Shown piece by piece: positions 33,903 through 39,499 of a stretch of 39,499 nucleotides of DNA. Made by a program: the position numbers and the translations under genes. The stretch's first letter is position 1; each line of letters starts with the position of its first letter. The notes beneath the pieces were generated by a model. That model did not search any database and was not told where the DNA came from. It worked only from the letters and a program-made list of their open reading frames with translations. The stretch is from Octopus bimaculoides (lineage: Eukaryota): assembly GCF_001194135.2 (NCBI RefSeq), contig NC_068990.1, positions 26,510,382-26,549,880 of the forward strand, given 5' to 3'.

Positions 33903-34051
33903 TAAATAAAGAAGAGTGCCATAATTAGATTTGCTGAACGATATTTCGGTATCTCGTGTACCTTCAACGGGTTCAAAATTTGATATATGTCAGCCTACGA
34001 GATACCGAAATATCGTTCAGCAAATTTAATTGTGGCATTCTTCTTTATTTA
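33903..34051. repeat. 55-bp inverted repeat with 39-nt loop overlapping a hammerhead-like motif (33934-33976, minus strand)
   Basis: Arms at 33903-33957 and 33997-34051 with 3 mismatches. Confidence 0.9.
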
Positions 34052-34109
34052 CATATTCCTTCCAGAGGAGTCATAGCAGTCCTAATACTATCTATTATTA
34101 TTATTATTA

Positions 34110-34486
34110 TTCAGTAGTTTTATTTTTATAACGTGCTTTCACTTCACTACCGAGCGCAGCTCTGTGCGCCTTGGGTATGTGCTGTGGTTTGCTGTGGTGC
34201 TCTTATGTTTACTGTATTGAAAGTGTGTTGCGTAGAATGTGTGCAGTGCCCAGTAGTGCAATTTTCTGTATGTTATATATATTTGTAAGTCCTGCTATTT
34301 TTGTNNNNNNNNNNTATTTGTAAGTCCTGCTATTTTTGTTATGTATTTGTCTGAATATGTATTTGTCTGAATATTTTTTTATTATATAATATGTATTTGT
34401 CTGAATATTTTTTTATTATACCTATGATAGGAATTGTTTCTGTTTTTAGATTCCACATTCGAGTTATCTCTATTTCCAGGTCTTTG

Positions 34487-34495
<9 letters not shown>
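34110..34495 (-). mobile_element. Second copy of the 33408-33850 RLE LINE family, between two (TTA)n tracts
   Basis: Near-identical 3'UTR and ORF end. Contains a 10-N gap with local duplications. Confidence 0.85.
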
Positions 34496-34538
<43 letters not shown>

Positions 34539-34779
34539 GGTGCTGAGCTGGCAGAATTTTTAGCCCATCAAATAAAAATGTTTAGCAGCATTTTGTCCGT
34601 CCTTAATGTTCTGGGTTCAAATTCTGCCGTGGTTGACTTTGCATTTCATCCTTTCAGGGTCGATAAAATATGAACCAGTGGATCACTGGGTGGGGTGTGG
34701 CGGGTGGTGGGGTGTCAGTATAATTGATTTACTTTCTCTCTTTAAAATTGCTAGCCTTGTGGCAACATTTGAAGCAATT
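34539..34779 (+). mobile_element. SINE family A, copy 5 (third tail type)
   Basis: gagctggcagaa head, gggttcaaattctgcc, central domain, and tail aaattgctagccttgtggcaacatttgaa. Confidence 0.8.
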
Positions 34780-35860
34780 TTCTTTATTATCACTATTATA
34801 ATGTTGTTGTTGCTTTTGTTGTTGTTTTTGTTAATATATTGTTGTTGTTGTTTTTGTTAATATGTTGTTGTTGTTGTAGTTATCATAATTCACATTTATT
34901 CATTTCTGATCTTTAAATTAATCTTTTGTAATTTAGAGAAATTTTCTTTTGTTTTCTTCAAATCCTTCTCTTTCTTCTTCTAATTCTTTCTCTTTCTTCT
35001 TCTAATTATTTCTCTTTCTCCTAATTCTCGTTAGTCATCGTCATCACCACCATCACCATTATCATCCTAACTATCATCATCATCATTACAGTCACCATTG
35101 TTATCATCATCATCACCATCATCAATGTGATCGTGTTCATGACCCTACTCTTCTTTCTTTTCCTCGTCATCATCACCTCTTTCTTTCTTTCTCTCTTTCT
35201 TTCTCACATTCTTTCTGTCTTCCTTTCTTTTCCTCATCTTTTTGTTTTTAATTTTTTTGCTACAAATTAGAATTGAAGTTAATTTCTCTTATTTAATCTA
35301 ACTTATTTAATCTAAATTGGTTTCCATTCTCAAAAAAGCAACAACAGAAAAAAGATAAAACAAAACAAAAACAACAACAAAAGTAACCATAAAATTAAAA
35401 ACTTATAGCAACAACTATAACAACAAAAAAAAACTAAAACAAACAAACAAGCAAACAAATCAATGTTTGCAATCTGAGTTTTGTTGTTGTTGCTGTTGTT
35501 GTAGGCAAAAATGTTAAATTGTTATTTTTTTGTTTTGCTTTTGTGTTGTATCAGAATATTTTGTTTTGTTGCTATTTTTGTTGTTGTTTTGTTAATTACA
35601 GCTGCCATGGTTTTTGATTCCTGAAGGAAAATGTGTTGAGTTAGGATTTTTAGGGGTTGCAGGGGAGGGGGTGGTGGTTGAAACGTTTGTGGTGAAGCAA
35701 GTCAGGCCCATGTGTTCATTCCATACTGTTCTTATCACATTAGTATATATATGTTTATATATGTGTGTGTGTGTATGTATATATATGTGTGTGTGTATAT
35801 ATGTATATATATATATATGCATGTATATATATGTATGTATGTATATATGTGTATATATTT

Positions 35861-36175
35861 GTAGCAAATCGACCCCAGGACTTATTCTTTGTAAGTCTAG
35901 TACTTATTCTATCGGTCTCTTTTGCTGAACCGCTAAGCTGGTTGTCAAGCGAGGTTGGGGGGGGGCAAACACAGACACACACATACATATATATATATAT
36001 ATGCATATATACGATGGGCTTCTTTCAGTTTCCATCTACCAAATCCACTCACAAGGCTTTGGTCGGCCTGAGGCTATAGTCGAAGACACTTGCTCAAAGT
36101 GCCATGCAGTGGGACTGAACTCGGAACCATGTGGTTGGTAAGCAAGCTACTTACCACACAGCCACTCCCGCGCCT
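35861..36175 (-). mobile_element. SINE family B, 3'-truncated
   Basis: Intact head, internal (TA/TG)n and most of the tail. Confidence 0.9.
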
Positions 36176-36489
36176 ATGTATANNNNNNNNNNNNNNNNNN
36201 NNNNNNNNNNNNNNNNNNNNNNNNNNNNNNNNNNNNNNNNNNNNNNNNNNNNNNNNNNNNNNNNNNNNNNNNNNNNNNNNNNNNNNNNNNNNNNNNNNNN
36301 NNNNNNNNNNNNNNNNNNNNNNNNNNNNNNNNNNNNNNNNNNNNNNNNNNNNNNNNNNNNNNNNNNNNNNNNNNNNNNNNNNNNNNNNNNNNNNNNNNNN
36401 NNNNNNNNNNNNNNNNATATATACACACACATGCATACATACATACATACATACATACATACATACATGTATATATACATACATATATA

Positions 36490-37186
36490 CCTGGTATAAT
36501 GATTTGGGATAGAAAAGAGAAACTGTGCACAGTTGTGGAAATTAGCTGCCTAGTGGATGTTAACATAAAGATGAAGATCAGTGAAAAAGAGAACACCTAT
36601 CTGCAGCTACTCTATCCAGATTACAAGTTCAGGTTTATACCTGTAATTATTGGGGCCCTGGGAATATGTAACACACTGCCTAAATACCAATCTTAAGAAA
36701 TTAGGGTTCTCAAAACCAGAAAGAAGAAAGCTAATTCGAAGACTACAGATCCAATCCATCACTGGAACTGTAAAACTCTGTAAAACTTTCCAGAAGTTTA
36801 TTATTTAAATATATATGAACATATTTATATATGTAACTATATGCATGAGAAAACATACATAAAAAAATACAAATCTGTACATACATACATATATACATAC
36901 ATACATACATGCACACATGCATGCATACATACGTACCTACATACATAAATGCATGCATGCATACATGCATACATGCATGCATACATACATACATGCACGC
37001 ATGCATGAGTACATACATACATACATACATACATACATACATACATGCATGCATGCATGCATATGTACATACAAGCAAAAATACCCTGTTGTTGATGTTG
37101 AAATTTCAATGAAGGCGCGTTGGATCTAGATTAGAAACCGATTCTTTCTCTATTGGCAAGAAACGTTGAAATAAACTGAATAATGA
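36490..37186 (+). mobile_element. RLE-type non-LTR retrotransposon 3' end flanked by (CATA)n, copy 1
   Basis: PGIMIWDRKEKLCTVVEISCLVDVNI...EKENTY...FIPVIIGALG, a frameshift, then YVTHCLNTNLKKLGFSK...CKTFQKFII* (stop 36806-36808). The 3'UTR contains a (CATA/CATG)n expansion. Confidence 0.85.
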
Positions 37187-37195
37187 CATACATAC

Positions 37196-37516
37196 ATATG
37201 TAACACTTTGCCTAAATACCAATCTTAAGAAATTAAGCTTCTCAAAACCAGAATGGAGAAAGCTAAATCCAAAGACTACAGGTCCAATCCATCGCTGGAA
37301 CTGTAAAAATCTGTAAAACTTTCCAGAAGTTTATCATTTAAACATATATGAGCATGTTTAGATTTGCAACTATATGCATGAGAATACATACATAAAACAT
37401 ACAAACAAAAATCCCCTGTTGTTGATGTTGAAATTCCAATGAAGGAGAGTTGGTTCTAGGTTAGAAACCGGTTCTTTCTCTATTGGTAAGAAATCTTGAA
37501 ATAAACTGAATAATGA
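37196..37516 (+). mobile_element. Same family, copy 2, head-to-tail inside the (CATA)n tail of copy 1
   Basis: Homologous ORF end and 3'UTR. Both copies end gaaataaactgaataatga|(cata)n. Confidence 0.85.
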
Positions 37517-37659
37517 CATACATACATACATACATACATACCTATATATATATGTATGTATGTATGAACATATCAAGTGAACATGCTGAAATGATTTCGG
37601 TTGGGGATGGGGAAATTCTGTTACAGGTGTCTTTTCACAGTTAACAATAAGAACAATAA

Positions 37660-38250
37660 CAATATTAATAATAATATTGAGGACAAAGAGGAAGAGAAAC
37701 GAAAAATAAGGCAAACACAAAGTAAAAAAAAAACATGGAAGAGTTGGAGGAGGAGGAGGAGGAGAGATAAAACCAGGAAGCAGATAAAAGACAAATAAAA
37801 AAATACAAAAGATGTGGTGGGGAAAAAAACTGCAAAAACAAGATCAAGGAAGAATAAAATAAAAATAAATAAAACAAAGTGAAATGGAAGAAATAATAGG
37901 AAAAGAAAAAGCAAAATAAAAGCATGAAAGAGGAAAATAAACAATGAAGAAGAAATAAGAAAAATAAAATGAAACGGGGTGGGGAGAGAAAAAATGAAGA
38001 GATGATAAAGAAGGAAGAATTTAAAGAAGCAGAGATTGGGAAACCTAACAAATATTAAAGAAGAAAAAGAACAAAAGTCAGAGCATCTTTGTGTTTGTAG
38101 TGGGTTACTAAAAAATATAGGATGGAGCAATAAAACTCTTTTGTAGCTCAAGTAGGAAGAAAGAGAGAGAGAGAGAGAGATAGAGAGATAGAGAGAGAGA
38201 GAGAAAGAGACAGAGAGAGACAGAGAGAGAGACAGAGAGAGAGAGAGCGA
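37660..38250. repeat. A/G-rich low-complexity tract and (GA)n
   Basis: Direct reading. Confidence 0.85.
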
Positions 38251-38985
38251 GATAAGAGGACATCCACTCTCTTATAAATCACAACCTCTTTTCAATTGTG
38301 TTGTTACTATGAACTACCGTAATTGGCTAATTTCAGAATATTCTTTGTGAGATTCCGAGGAAACGAGGAAACGGTACTAATGAAAACTACAGTCTGCTAG
38401 TAACAGCTGTTTTCATCCAGTTGAGTCTATTCTTCAATGTGACAAAAGCTCTTTAATTATTAATTCAACGCATTTTACACTGGAATACATTCATTGACTT
38501 TGCCATTATTCCGACTTAATACATCTTCCAACCAACCGTCGAAACCAGCCACACCAGCCATTCTCCATTTTGCAATTGTTCTCTCAGGGCATGCTATAAT
38601 ATATATACTGTGTGTATGTATAGTACATACACGCACACACACATACACACACACACACATATACAGGGATAAATATCATTTAATGAATACAGGAGTTAAA
38701 CGTGAGCTACTTCAAGTTTCATGCTCAAGTACTGCAGTAATTGGATAGACTGGTTCAGTGTACCAAGATTGATTTGGCAAGCATTCAGGTTCAAATGACA
38801 TGGCTACTCCATCAGAAAATGCAAGAAAAAATAAGAAAAAACAAAATAATTAGAAAAAGGTAAGTAAAAAATGGCTAGGGAAAAGGGGGAAATAAGGATT
38901 GTGTCCCTTTAACCCCTTAAATGAAGAATAGGATTGAGTACTTTTTCAGTGATCCTATTAACAAGCAAAAAGAACATTAATATAT

Positions 38986-39196
38986 CTTATCTTTTATCTT
39001 TTGCTTGTTTCAGTTATTGGACTGCGACCATGCTGGGGCACTGCCTTGAAGTGTTTAGTTGAACAAATAATTTTAAGCTTGATAGTTATTCTATTAATCT
39101 TTTTAACTGAACTGCTAAGTAACAGGAACATAAACAAACCAACACCAATTGCCACACTGCGATAGGAGACAAACAAACATGAAAAACATACACATA
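38986..39196 (-). mobile_element. SINE family B, 3' half
   Basis: ttgtttcagttattggactgcgaccatgctggggcactgccttgaag...aaaccaacacca. Confidence 0.8.
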
Positions 39197-39224
39197 TAGT
39201 TATATACATACATATATATATATA

Positions 39225-39444
39225 AGGCCTGACTGGCCTTCATGTGGGTGACACGTAAAAGCACCTACTACACTCTCAGAGTGGTTGGCATTAGGAAGGG
39301 CATCCAGCTGCAGAAATTTTGCCAAATCAGATTGGAACCTGGTGTAGCCTTCGGGCTCCACTAGTCCTCAGTCAAATCGTCCAACCCATGCTAGCATGGA
39401 AAGCGGACGTTAAACGATGATAATGATGATGATGATGATGATGA

Positions 39445-39449
<5 letters not shown>
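39225..39449 (+). mobile_element. RTE LINE 3'UTR fragment with (GAT)n tail
   Basis: gtggttggcattaggaagggcatccagctg...ggaaagcggacgttaaacgat(gat)n. Confidence 0.9.
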
Positions 39450-39492
<43 letters not shown>

Positions 39493-39499
39493 TTATATA

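Noticed and set aside
38789-38859. Exon-like segment ending in a perfect GTAAGT donor
   Set aside because: Poor polypyrimidine tract, A-rich content and ambiguous frame; needs RNA evidence.
1-39499. CRISPR arrays, rRNA or prokaryotic operons
   Set aside because: No constant repeat with unique equal-length spacers and no rRNA-like sequence; all features point to a metazoan repeat-rich region.

Overview
AT-rich, repeat-dense animal genomic DNA. The mix of SINEs, RTE, R4/Dong-like and Penelope-like elements with dense (TA/CA/GAT/TAA/CATA)n microsatellites suggests an octopus (coleoid cephalopod) intron or intergenic region; this is recognition from memory, not a database result. No complete protein-coding gene or intact autonomous element is present, and nearly all long ORFs in the track are microsatellite translations. 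Supported content: four tRNA-derived SINE families, RTE LINE fragments, several restriction-like-endonuclease (RLE) LINE 3' ends docked on (TAA)n or (CATA)n tracts, a Penelope-like GIY-YIG fragment split by an inversion, a Helentron-type non-autonomous element, a long-TIR MITE, a Tc1/mariner remnant and a few short candidate exons. The most notable signals are seven minimal hammerhead-ribozyme-like motifs from four repeat families with recurrent non-canonical cores, and one element that joins a tRNA-like B-box head to a hammerhead-bearing Penelope-type tail. The assembly has many N gaps, and some 10-N gaps have duplicated flanks that look like artefacts.
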